Source: Dicyema japonicum (lineage: Eukaryota > Animalia > Dicyemida). From it: a DNA stretch of 64,000 nucleotides. This document shows positions 26,455 to 38,411 of this stretch, piece after piece (the first letter of the stretch is position 1; every line of letters begins with the position of its first letter). A program made the translations under genes and the position numbers. Under the pieces are notes generated by a model. That model had not been told where the DNA came from and made no database searches. It saw nothing but the letters and a program-made list of their open reading frames with translations. Where the stretch lies: assembly GCA_011109175.1 (NCBI GenBank), contig RDEW01000022.1:766273-830272 (forward strand). Reading direction: 5' to 3'.

Positions 26455-27030
26455 GAAGTGGTGCCACTGGTGCTACTTTCAGGGGATGTGGAGGTGGTGC
26501 CACTGGTGCTACTTTCATGTTCTCTTCATGTTCTCAAGTCGAAGGAGTTTCAAGGCGAAGATCCGCATTACAAGGGCCATATTAAAAGACGAAGGAACCT
26601 ATTGCACTGCAAGGGAGTCTCCTCAAGCCGAAGAAACGTATTACAAGTCGAATGAACCTATTCTACAAGACGAAGGAATATATTACAAGGTTGAGAAACA
26701 TACTACGGGCCGAATAGAGACATTCTACAAAAACGAAGGAACCTTTTGGGGGACGCAGTAGCCAAAGGGTCAAAACTCCGGATATTTTCCAAGTTGGACC
26801 TAGTACCCACACCAATTGATCCTTACATTTGTATCCGGGTCTACACGGGACTTTGTTATCCAGGCCATTGATCCCTACAGGACCTGGGACTACTGTGGAT
26901 GTCATACTGGAGTTGGGACTTACAGGGGGTACCCACACCAATTGTTTCCTACATTCGAATTGGGATCTACATGGGACTTTGTTAACCACATCATCGGTCC
27001 CTGCAGGACGGTTTGGGACCACCGTGGAAT
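26455..27030. repeat. Repeat-rich orphan segment: a 27-bp tandem pair and a diverged ~120-bp duplication
   Basis: GTGGTGCCACTGGTGCTACTTTCA occurs twice; TACCCACACCAATTG..GGGACTTTGTTA occurs at about 26804 and 26929. Confidence 0.7.
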
Positions 27031-27601
27031 AACATACTGGGGAAAGGACCTACAAAGGGAGAACTAACTGGAGATGGGCGTACTGGCTTTGTACCTAGAA
27101 CGTTCTGGAGATAAATTAGTAATTGGATGAATAGCAAGGATAAGTGGTACCCGGATGAACAGTCCAGGCCTACTGGCGGACTGGTAGTTACCTATTCCAT
27201 AACTTGTTGTTTTAATTCATTTTCATTTATTGTTGTTCTTGGGTCCTATAAAATTGGTTGCCATAATTTTTTAGTTTATGGGTTATTCTACCTGGGCTCG
27301 TGACATATTACTAAAGTGGTTGCTCTTTTCTACTGACATTAATGCCTATAACCACATGATTGGGATTGGAACCCATTTATTTGTACAAATTCTCTGATCT
27401 CATTTGACGCCAACTAGGTTATTAATTTGTATAGCATTGGAATACAGGTCTATGCTTACTGGGCGTTTACTTTAGGAATATGTGATTCATGCGCAACGCT
27501 TATGGGTTGGAGATATACCTAAGAATCATGTCTATTCAAAATGACCTCCAATTAATTTTTCAAGTTTTAGACAAGTTCATCAATAAACATCACGAGATTT
27601 T

Positions 27602-28714
27602 GGTGTCCAGACATTTGGCCAACAGGACATTTAGCCGACAGACTGTTGGCTTACAGGAAATTTAGCACAAATAACTAAGAAATATGCCATACTTTTTATT
27701 AGCACATTGTTTTAAAATTCAGAGATAAAATTCAAAATAAAAACATCAAATAAATGAGTTAAAAAGTTACATCAATACTCATTGTTCTGTAGGTAAAACA
27801 GTTAAGATTTACTTAAAGGTTATGAGAAAGCGCACTCAAAAATTCTACTGGAGTGTATTCATCATATTTTTAAATAATGCTGTTTATCCTATTGTTCACA
27901 TCTGGTACTTTTTCTTTACTTGTCTTATTGTTATAATCTATGGTAAATGATAGTGGATTCAATTGTGGCTTTTTCTCTTTCAGTGTTGAAAATATTTGTT
28001 CATACATTTTTTGATATTTTTCTCGAGCGATAGCGTACACTAATGGAACCGTACATATTGTACATAATGTAACATGTATAGTGTATAACTGAAACCCTAT
28101 TGGAGCTGAATCAAAAGTACGATCACATAACCAATGTTCTTTCATAGACATAAGATCAAGGTTTTTTGCTGTTGTTAATATAAACAATTTATCACTGTCT
28201 TGTAGCACAAAATCATCTCTGAGAGTACTTTTAAGTTCATCAGTTAGAACATTACCGTCTTGTATTTGATCTGTACGCTGTCGTCGAACAGTACGTGCAA
28301 TGGTTTTTTGGTAGCGCACAAGCAGGAGCAGTAGGGTATGTGCTTAAACAATTTTGGATAACTGTGGATGTAGTTTCTTCAGAATCTCTCGCTCTCTTCT
28401 TTATCGTATTGACGGTTTTCAGCGAATGTAAACGTCCTGCATTTGGTGGATGTTCGTGTGGTGTCTTAGTTCCATTATGTTCTTCGTTTACAGTTCTTAC
28501 TCTGCCTTTGCATTTTCCTTTCAGCTTACATCTCCAATATATGACATTCTCTCTCTGTCTATCCATAATGTACGGATAGCCATCATTTAGAATTTTTCTC
28601 TTTCCACGAGTGGTTTGTGTAAATTCCATTTTTACCGTTATTTCTTGATCATTTATGCTTAATTGAATTGTCGGCTATTGTCGGCTACGTCTGTCAGCCA
28701 AATGTCCTAGTACC
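27602..28714 (-). mobile_element. MULE/Mutator DNA transposon with FLYWCH and partial DDE domain, internally deleted
   Basis: Perfect 9-bp TSD CGAGATTTT (27593-27601 and 28715-28723); imperfect TIRs GGT....GACATTTGGC; YWRC...CKGRV..H.HPP and WLCD.TF..P..QLYTIH. Confidence 0.9.
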
Positions 28715-28744
28715 CGAGATTTTAGCAAAACGACATCATTAAAT

Positions 28745-29035
28745 AAAAAAGTCATCTTTTTAAATATTACAAAAATTGATTTAAACGGGTCCCATGGGTA
28801 AGTGGAACATTTTACCAAGGACTTCGACATCTTTAGGTAAAAAAGTTATCTTTTTAAAATCTTATTAAAATTGATTTAAGAGGTGCTCGATCGTACTTGT
28901 CTTGGATCTGTAAAAATCACTTTTGTGTGATGAATTTCACCTAAAGATGTCGAGGACCTTGTTAAAATGTTCTACATACCAATTAAATCAATTTTTATAA
29001 GATTTAAAAAAGATGACTTTTTTCACCTAAAATGT
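28745..29035. repeat. Fold-back (MITE-like) inverted repeat
   Basis: GAACATTTTACCAAGGACTTCGACATCTTTAGGT has an inverted near-copy at about 28938-28972; the AAAAAAGTCATCTTTTTAAA unit is also inverted at about 29001-29023. Confidence 0.7.
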
Positions 29036-29452
29036 CAATCACATTGTAAAATATCTCTAAGAACATTGCTCGAATGCTCATGGAGACCATTACACCTTGA
29101 TAAAGAAATTAAATTTTCTATCAACTCCCTTAGGTTTTCAATTTCAGAAGTCTGACCATGGTATTAGTTAGCGTACTATGGACCCCGTCCATAACACATA
29201 ACGGTTACTCTGCCAGATTATATGTGGAATAGTCTCCTCATGAGTGCAGGCTTTTCACATAATCAAGTATGGTATTCCTTCCACTACTGCACATCATGGA
29301 GACTGACCTGCAGCTGGGGATTATAAAGTCTACTACAACAGGGCTACAAAAAAAATAGGTTCCCATGGTTGACCTGAACCCCGTAACCGCGGAATCAGCC
29401 AAATCTTACGGCTTGTTTAAAATCAAAGCAAAATAGTTTATAAATCAAAAAA

Positions 29453-30274
29453 TTATAGAAATACTTTTATATACGGTTGATCACCAGTAGGAGTCCACAA
29501 AAAGGACAAACACTCCTACGGAAACTAGGAATCACAATTTCACTCCAAAATCTAAGTCCCAAAACAAGCCAACTGTGCAGTAGCCTTTGTGGTTAGATGG
29601 GTGCAGGCCGTAAAGATGTGATCCAAAGGGGTATCATCAACATAAAAGGAGTCAGTCAATCCAACCGGAAACTGAGTGTTAAGGGACTTTAGAATTGACC
29701 TCGACTACTATCACCTGAAAAAAATACTGGAATGCAGGCGAAGGCATTCCGAAAAACAAAGGCAGCTCCACATAGGTCGATGATGCATCCGTCGTGGAGA
29801 AGGTACTCCACATTAACGGATATCTCATCCCATTTCTCGTCACTAAGCACGTGAACTTTATTGGTAGTGAATCCTGACTCTGAGACAGTCAAAGTTTTGA
29901 ACTCATTGAATCCCCCAGCCAGAATTTTGAATGCATGTGGAGCATCTCGAGACACAATGATTCGACATGCAAACCGAGATACTCTGCCATCAGAAAGAAC
30001 AATATCGTTGTTGAGGGAGTTCCTTCCAATTTGAAAAATATCTGTGGAGTCGTCTTCACAGTATAAAAGTTTATTTTTTCCAATATTAATGACATAGCTT
30101 CCATTTTTGGCCTGTTTGACTCCATTGGGGACATTTCTGCGGCAAAGAACATGTCTAGCACATTCTTCTCCGTTGAAACTAACACTAAATTGCTAAATTA
30201 AACCCAATTTGGAAAAGTTGTCCATATATAACATCAGGGAATCTTTTGAACTTCCTCTTCGTACGAATTGGCAT
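29453..30274 (-). CDS. PELI: Pellino-family protein, strongly shortened; 3 tiny introns
   Basis: Spliced YGQLFQIGFNG, NGVK, TDIFQIGR, VSRFACRII, AGGF, GFTTN, WDEISV, LHDGCIIDLCGA, FPVG, H.F..C.H...A.FWS and CPFC are colinear Pellino motifs. A possible 1-nt frameshift lies just after CPFCG. Confidence 0.9.
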
Positions 30275-30407
30275 ATTTAGGTTACAATTGATCACTTGGG
30301 ATGAAAAAATGATTAAAACATTTATTTGTTTATCAACAAATAATTTATATTCAATATTTTATAAATAATTTTTTGAAGGCTATCAGAGTCAGCATTTTCT
30401 ACAATCA

Positions 30408-30550
30408 CAGTGTAACCCCGGTTTGGGGCACTTTGTGCCCCGAAAATAGGGGTTATTTTTTCCATTCTAAAATCTTTTATTTTAAACTATGTAAATGTAA
30501 AAAAGGTAAGAGATTTGATTTTATGATTAATAATATGTCACAGGCGCTAC
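30408..30550 (-). mobile_element. Terminal fragment of the Tigger/pogo family seen at 41594-43259
   Basis: TIR CAGTGTAACCCCGGTTTGGGGCAC followed by about 100 bp near-identical to 41617-41720. Confidence 0.8.
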
Positions 30551-30614
30551 GCGTTACACTAATGGACTTTGAAAAAAATCAAAAAAAAAAATTTTTTTTT
30601 TGATTTTTTTCAAA

Positions 30615-33600
30615 AGGCGTGGAGATTTGTTGTTTGTTGTCGTCGTAATATATACAGTTCTCTCTCCTATTATCTATTCATGTCTGTTTTTTATGATGTA
30701 CTACACGAAGAACACCTCATGCAAAGGGTGCAGAGTATCCAATTCTCGCAAGTGCGGGATTCGATGTCTGTATGTGTTGGTTTACTACCACATAGGTTGT
30801 GAAAACTATCCAAGAAAATTGCTCGATCACTTCCCTCGTGGTCGTGCCAGTCTGGAACTCACTAAAATTGAACCTCTTGATCATTTTGTGTCGTCATCAT
30901 CTGTATCAGATATTCTGGAAGCCATGTCTCCGGAGGATTTTCTGGTTTTATTATCAAAACACGCGACAAAGGAAGATTATCCCTGTCAGGATCCCCAAGG
31001 CTTCCCGGATCTCAATTGCTTCTGCCCTTTCTTCTTTCATTGAGGAAAGCTGTGTCCAATGGCTCGAAAAAGGATTGGATGGTTCTTTTCTCTTTCCCTG
31101 TCCTGGCTATGGGGTTAGAGCGTAAGCCTGCCCCATCTTCTCGGAAACCCTCTCTTTCCCATGTCCTGAAGAAGCGCGTGAGTGACCTGTTCGTCCAGAA
31201 CAATCTATGCATGATATTTCCACTTCAGCCATTTACAACGCTCTTTGTTCTTTCCGAAGAAGTAGCAGTGGAGGAGTTGACGGTCTCAAACCTGGCCATC
31301 TGTCAGACTTGGTGTCCCATTCTGTCGGTAGGCCTGGATCGCTACTCTTGGAGCGAACCCGGGATCTCGTAGCTCGCATGCTTTCCGGAAACGTTTCCGA
31401 TTTTGGTCGGAATCTCCTCTTTTCGGCGAATCTAACGGGCCTTGGAAAGAAAGATGGTGGTATTCGCCCCATTGCAATTGGAAACGTATTTCGACGTTTA
31501 TCCGCAAAAATGGCTTGTCGTTTTGTTATCTCCCGAATTTCAGCCGAATTTTGTCCTTCGCAGCTTGGTGTCGGAATCAATGGCGGCTGTGAAGCTGGGA
31601 TCCACGCAGTGAGAGAATTTGTGTCACAATCAGCTGAATTGAATGTTGAGGACAGAGTTTTATTCAAATTGGACCTCCGGAATGCCTTCAATTCAGTCAG
31701 AAGGGACACCGTCCTTGATACCTGTAGGAGGATTCCTCAGATTTATCCCTTTGTATATCTCGCGTATTCGGATCCATCCCCTCTTGTTTTTGGCAGTGAA
31801 TTATTTCGTCCGGATCCGGAGTTCAACAGGGGGACCCACTCGGTCCTCTTCTATTTTCCTTGTCTATCGACCATATTGCCCAGGACCGTTGCACTCCACT
31901 GAACGTCTGGTATCTGGACGATTGTATTCTCGGTGGAAGTCCCGATGATATTCTCTCCAAAGTTGCGTCGATCAGAAGTTTGTGTGGAAAAATCGGTCTG
32001 GAATTTAACAATGAAAAGTGCGAAGCAATTAATCTGAATTTGAGTTCCGATTCATTCTACCTTTTTCATAGAAAACTCTGCGAAATCATCCCAGGGGTTA
32101 GGGAGACTCATATTGATTCTCTCGACTTCCTTGGGTGTGGGATTTTGGTAAACCGGGTGAGGGAGTTATTGGAAGGCAAGAGGACTAATTTACGTCAATA
32201 TGCCGACAGGATGAGTTTTTTGGATTGTCATGTCGCCTTTTTTATGCTGAAGAATTGTCTCCTTCTCCCAAAACTCCTTTTTATTCTACGGGGATCCCCA
32301 TGCTACGCCGAAAAAGACCTTCTATCGTTAATTGATATGGATATCCGGTCAACGATGGGGTCCATTCTTAATGTTCGTTTTTGATGATTTCGGATGGTTA
32401 CAGGCCTCACTCCCTGTAGCCTGCGGTGGTTTGGGTCTTTCTCTTCCTTCGGACGTTGCTTTGGGCGCCTATTTATCTTCGTTCGGCTCGTCAAGGCGTT
32501 TAGTGGATACGGTCCTTCACTCTACTTCCGGACTAAACGTACCGCTGACGCCGTCGGGAGCCTGGGATGAATGGATGAATTTGTACCTGAATGCTCCGGT
32601 CAATTGTGATAAGCAAAAGTCCTATTTGTTTTGTGTCTTCGAAAAGAAAGAAAGAATCCCTTGAAAAGACGGAAGATATAAGAAGGCTTGCTTGCCTCAA
32701 AACAGCCAGTTGTCACTCGACGGGGGCCTGGATGAACGCTTTTCCATCTGCCGAAATTGGAAACCTGTTGGATGATGAGGCTTTGAGAATAGCTACCTCG
32801 CTTCGTCTTGGTCTTAAATTGTGTGCCGAAAGAAAATGCCGCTGTGGACGTTGGATCGATCCTTTTGGTTATCATCCCTTGTCATGCAAGATGAGTGCGG
32901 GTCGTTTCCCCAGGCACTCCTGCTTTATTATTATTATTATTATTAAAGCACTTTCACGAAAGCCATAATGATTATAGCCCCGCATGTGCAACACTCAAAA
33001 AAACAATATTTATAGTTAGTCTTTTCCATCTTCCTCTGTCGAATGCGAGTGATCTCAATTCGTCCAGGTCGTCTCCCGTCTTTAAATTTTTTTCTCACAC
33101 GATTTAAGTCTTTGTTTAGGGCTGTCGGAAGTGTCGATCTAGGTCGTCCGCGGAAGGGTTTTTTCGCATCTGTCAAAGTAATCTTCCATCGCTTTGTTAG
33201 CGGGTGCGTTCCGGGTTCATTCTTAGTACATGCCCAAATAGCCTCCACCGGGCATCTATCACATCCTTGCTGATGTAAGAACACATACACTTGTTGTAGA
33301 TACAGTGGTTGATATTCTACGTGGCCACTCCATTCCGAGTAAGCTTCTTAGTTGCCTTCCTGCCTTAACATGACATTAAAGAATTCCCTTGCCTCTGCTG
33401 GACACCATTGCCTGTTAGAACCTGCTGGTCTTTCTCGAAACGATGGAAAACGCCCTGATGGGATGACGACTTTTCCATTCGCCAACGGACGAAACCTGAT
33501 CTGGGACGCGACGTGTGTTGATACTTATTCCCCGTCTAATTTGGTTGCTCTGCTTCAGACCCAGGACATGCTTCGAAGCAGGCCGAGGAACGAAAGAGGA

Positions 33601-33830
33601 GGAAGTACCAGAGAATTTCGGAGGAGTATATATTTGTTCCATTCGCGGTGGAAACGTCAGGATCCTTGGCCCCCAAGCAGATGAGTTGGTTCGTAAGATC
33701 GGCTCCATGATTCAAGCTGTGACCAAGGATCCGCGAGAGACTGGTTGGTTCCGAGAACGTATCTCGTTGGCTATTGTTAGGGGAAATAGCATGGCCATTC
33801 AGATGCCTTAATTTAATTTTTATTCATTTG
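30615..33830 (+). mobile_element. Near-full-length CRE-like RLE non-LTR retrotransposon, frameshifted and interrupted by an RTE insertion
   Basis: SSGGVDGL, KKDGGIRPIAIG..RRL, QLGVG..GCEA, KLDLRNAFNSVRRD, QQGDPLGP, WYLDD, CRCG..HPLSC..RH, GKRPDG..WDATCVD and RISLAIVRGN. Confidence 0.92.
32928..33357 (-). mobile_element. 5'-truncated RTE LINE nested in the CRE-like element
   Basis: (TAA)n tail; TSD TCCTGC(T/C)TTA at 32918-32927 and 33358-33367; RGRPRSTLP motif; near-identical to 61620-61757. Confidence 0.85.
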
Positions 33831-35099
33831 ATAATAAAATTTCTTTATTTAAATTAGATTTTAAAAAAAATTAGCATTTAAATTTAAAATAGCACTTATA
33901 GCATTTATAATGTATGTTTTTCTTAAACAAAATTAAAAAATATTTATTCCAAATTCAATTTTATATTAAAATAAGTATAAAAATGAAAATAGCACTTTAG
34001 CACTTAAATTACTCATAATGCTTCATAATGCTTCAATAATGGGAATAATATTGTAGTTAATAGACAGGTTAAATACTTGCGTGAGGTAGCTAATTGCGTA
34101 TTGCTTAGGTGCTTCAGGTGAATTGAAGATACTTTGTCAGGGCCTCAGTTCTTTAATCCGGCGATAACCTCTGAGACCTGCTTGTCTGCGAATAGTTCTT
34201 GAAAAGGTTCATTTTTCGGTTTACGGGCACGTACTTTGATATCCAGTTGTTTAGAGAATTTCTTGATGATCGCAGCGTAATGTTTCATAAGTAGATTAGG
34301 GTGTATATGACAAATGTGTTCTGGAGAAGAGTTGCAAGTCGAGGGAAATTGCTTTTGTGATTTCTGGGAGATGATTCAACGATAAAATTTCAAGCAATAT
34401 CATGATTTCCCTAATTTTGATGACTTCAAATACAAATTCGTGTCCAGAAGAATCCAGAATGAATAATTTCAAGGAACTTAGCTGTTCCTTCAGATATGAG
34501 CCGATTATGTAGCTTGGTGGTTATTTTAACATGAAATACTTTAAAATTAGGCGGATATTCTATTAAAAATAATAAATCTCCCATTTTGAAGTAAATTTCC
34601 AACTCTGAGACATTTTTGTATAAAAATAAATAAACCAAATTAAGAAATAAATAATCAATAGCTCTAATAATTATATCCTCTTGTTTTCCAACCACCTTCG
34701 CTTGGGGTCACTGCCCAGCTCCTTCACTACACACTCATTTTCACAATCATCCAGCTGTTGTTCACTCGAACATTGTGGTTTCATGAACGAGCCAGATCTT
34801 CTCTTTCGTTCAAAAGATATTCATTAGAAGAAGTCAACATAATAGGAATAATCATAACTTTGCGCTGTATATTTGAGACAACTCTCTAGAGGTCGTAGTT
34901 GTGAGTTTTTCCACCTCAACTACCTTCAACATTCCAGTCTCTAGTAATCTCATTTGTATTTTTATCCAAAACAAAAAATACCAGACTTGTTATGCTGTAG
35001 TTTAACAGCAGTCAATAATGTCAACTAGAATCTCTACATTACTGGACAGTGAGTCTTTAGTTTTTTTTGAATTTTTAATTCCATCGACACAAATTTAAA

Positions 35100-35490
35100 T
35101 GAAGGCGTCTAACCATCTCATTGTGACGTCTTATACTCAAATTCAGCATTCTACTGCATCTTGTTGCCAGATGGTCGACTGTTTTCTTACAGATTTTCAA
35201 TCGTTGCAGTTAGATTCCTTATCTTCAAAAACAGAAGACAATGCATCGCCTCAGCTCTCAGGCTGTTAAGGCGGCTAGTTTACCGAACTGCCTTCTGTTT
35301 CAGACACTATCGAAAAATCTACTACCATAAAGAAAGTTTGAGCCGATGCCGTGTCCGATGAAAAAAGCTGTACAGGATTCTCGACACCGCCGGACTTGTC
35401 CTCTCCCTTGTCGGTTTGGAATCACTTAGTTAGTTGAGAACTTTTATATCTTTCTCTTTGACCCAGTGATCCTGGGGGTAATAATAGTAA
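35100..35490 (+). mobile_element. Jockey/Ingi-like LINE 3' fragment with the shared terminal motif
   Basis: Ends GGAATCACTTAGTTAGTT...CCAGTGATCCTGGGGGTAATAATA. Confidence 0.6.
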
Positions 35491-36049
35491 TCACGTAATC
35501 ACATGGTAAGTAAATGATAGTTTCGTCCATGTTCACATTTCCCACCAGTTTGGGCATAATCTTGGTTTAGATAGAGAGGAAACTTTGAACGCCACCAGTC
35601 ATAAGGATAAATGAAAGGGTCAAAAGTAAGAACACAGTAAAAAAGAGATAACATTACGATCAAATGAAATAGGGTGAAATTAACTGTTTTCTTTCGATCC
35701 TTTTCAGATTGGTGACGTTTTTTCGGTAGCACCAACTAACATTGGGGCTTGACCAATTCGAAACAAATTCGAAGCTTTTATTTTTATTTATTAATCCCAG
35801 GATTACAATCTTTGGTAAGCCCAGCATAAACAATCGCAACTAATTAATCCAAGGAAGGAATGTCCGTGTGTCGAAACAATTTTATCTTCCAATAGTCCAT
35901 TAGACTTCAGCTTACAAAAAGAAATGAGAAGTAGGTCTGCCCTCTTCCATGTTGATCGCATGTCCTACCGTATTGGAACATCGCTTCATTCATAGGAGTT
36001 TATCATAATGGTAATCTTCAGTGGAGTTGTCCAATTCTAATCTTTTATT

Positions 36050-37145
36050 TATTTAATAACCCCGAAAAGGGAATACCAAGAAAGAAGGAGTAGACCAACT
36101 AATTCAGTGATCCCGGTACGCCTCAAAAAGATCGAGAGGTTTTTCTTATGTTCCTCCAGAGTACCCACGGCTTTTCTGTACCGACGACGATCACCTTTCA
36201 TTAGAATTTGAAGAGGGGTGGGGTTTTTTTCCCAATTTACGTGTATTTGAGGCTTCTAGTCTTGAATGGAAGAAACGACTTTTTTCGTGACCACACAGAC
36301 CGATGAAACCGGGAATATTGTTTTTGATTGAGGCATGGTCACGCATTGAAGGGAAAGATCGATAGGTATATTGAAACTCCATAAACCCATGAGGCACAAG
36401 CATACTCAACTTTCGGTTTTAAAAGTTGATTGTATAAGACGACAGCTCATTCCCGTGACGGCCTGGACTTTAAAAACAATTTCATTATATTCAGTTTCCT
36501 GAGACTCTTTGTCATAACGTTCTTCACATGTTGAGAAAATGTCATCAAAGGGTCGAAAGTCAGTCCAGAATTGTTGAATAAATTTGTAGAGGTAAAGAGT
36601 CTCCATATATGCTCAAATCCAGTGTATGTTTTTTTTCTGTCCGTGGTGAAGATAGTATACGTTGATTTATCCCTGGATATGGAGAGACGAATAAAATTCA
36701 ACCAGGCCCAGGTCATCAATATGTAAATGAAGCTCTGATTTTGCCATATCCACGTATTTGCTCCTAGCGATAATTAAGTCGTCAGCAAATGTATGAAGCA
36801 TTGAATCTGGTCCTCCAGGGTAAATCGTTTAGGAGTAAATTGAATAGCGCGGAGAGAGGTGTGATCCATGAGGGACACCATTTGGTAGAAGACAAGACCT
36901 CGATCTTGCGTAGCCTTATTCCGGAAAAATAATTGGCTATCCATCTTTTCAAATCCGACTGAATGGTGTGTCAAAAAACTTTTTTCGTGAGTGATGTTCT
37001 CAAGACAGAATCGAACGCTTTCTGGATTTCCAGGCAGACCAATATTGTCCGTAGATGGCGTTTTGATTTGTTGAACCCTTCTGATATAAATTGAGACAGT
37101 GAAGTCAAATGAGTCGCAGTTTGAACGCTCACATTCGAAACCATG
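36050..37145 (-). mobile_element. Degenerate copy of the Jockey/Ingi-like LINE at 58070-59675
   Basis: Colinear nucleotide similarity including the 3' UTR and terminal motif. Confidence 0.85.
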
Positions 37146-37147
37146 TT

Positions 37148-37466
37148 TATTTATTTATTAACCCTGGATACACGAGAAAGAAGTTAAAGTAAACAAACTA
37201 ATTAAAGTGTATCCAGTTTCCACTTCTACAGAAACAGAGTCCATCCGGAATCAACATAAAGGGTAAGACGTCCATAATTGCAGTTATGGAAACCTCTCCA
37301 ATGGAGTGGGTGAGAGCAAATGATCCTTTTTCGTACGGTCTGGCACTGGCGTCACCTAGACATGTGGATCACATGACAGCACTCTAATAGGAAGAGAGAG
37401 GAGAAACAGACAATCAAACAGAACTTTAACCAATTAGCCACGAAGCACCACATGGCGCCATGCGGC
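37148..37466 (-). mobile_element. Structured SINE-like element, copy B (full length)
   Basis: Same 5' start (GCCGCATGGCGCCATG) and body as 52446-52765; (TAAA)n tail. Confidence 0.85.
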
Positions 37467-37654
37467 TAACTTTTTTGGATCAGATGTTGAATACTACATA
37501 CTTAATTCTAATCTTTTGAATACTGAATACTTAATTAATAATAATAACAGCCTTTTTTCACGGAGCCGTGGTATTAGCTCCGCATAGGCAGGACAAACAC
37601 TTTATTTAAGTAAAGAACAGTTAATTTTAACTAATCGTAGAACCAATGAATAAT

Positions 37655-37797
37655 TCACTTCTATTTTCTTTTTCTGTCTTCTATTTTCTTTGAATGATCT
37701 TCACTTATATTTTCTTTTTCAGTTCCGCAGTGAGAGTCACTGATGACGGAGTCACTCGTCAAGCCTTTTTAGCATCGTAGATGCGTGGAACCTTTGA
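37655..37797 (+). repeat. Copy of a 3-copy repeat with a hammerhead-like CTGATGA motif (probable Penelope pseudo-LTR)
   Basis: CACTGATGACGGAGTCACTCGTCAAGCC..GCAT..ATGCGTGGAACCTT matches 53095-53165 (-) and 55428-55483 (+). Confidence 0.6.
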
Positions 37798-37886
37798 ATA
37801 CTTAATTATCAATTAATTATTTTTGTAATAAATTATATTTTATTATAATAATAAAAATTTTTGAATTCACTCCTTGTTGTTGTTAA

Positions 37887-38411
37887 ATGTCGAATTCTGA
37901 TCTGTACCTGAGATACTACATTGGACATCGTGGACAATATGGACACGAGTTTCTTGAGTTTACATTCAATCCTAATGGTTAAATCATTTTTGCTAATCAA
38001 AACAGGCCAATTCCAGTACATCAATAACAGCAACTATAAAAACGACATTATGATCAGGAAAGACGTATTAGTGAATATAAATATATAGTCATTCGTGTCT
38101 CCTGCTGTTCTGACTGAACTGGGCAGCATTGTGGATGACTCTGAGATTCTCTGTGAGTCGGATTCTCAATGGCCCGAACCCAACTCAGATGGTAAACAGG
38201 AACTGGAAATAGTGCTCGGAGACAAACACGTGTCATTTGTGACGTCAAAGATTGGTTCTATCGTTGAAATGGAGAAGACATTGGGGTTTGTTGTGTTATG
38301 ACTGTCAGACCCGAGATCGAAGGATTCAGGAATTTTTATGATTTGGTGCAGAACCTTAAGACTTTTGTGTTCACATTAGTGAGGTTCCATTTCAAGATTA
38401 ATCCTATCTGA
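37887..38411 (+). CDS. MAGOH: Mago nashi, exon junction complex core subunit; 3 tiny introns
   Basis: [42 protein letters not shown] and HFKINPI*. Confidence 0.95.

Noticed and set aside
26458-26520. LLSGDVEV resembling a 2A ribosome-skipping peptide
   Set aside because: The obligatory NPGP is missing and the match lies in a short tandem repeat.
30560-33900. Spliced-leader RNA gene as the CRE target
   Set aside because: No recognisable SL exon, donor and Sm-site arrangement, and no shared flank around the CRE-like copies.
35499-35735. ORF with FTLFHLIVMLSLFY resembling the SERINC C-terminus
   Set aside because: One short hydrophobic match between TE fragments, with no further exons found.
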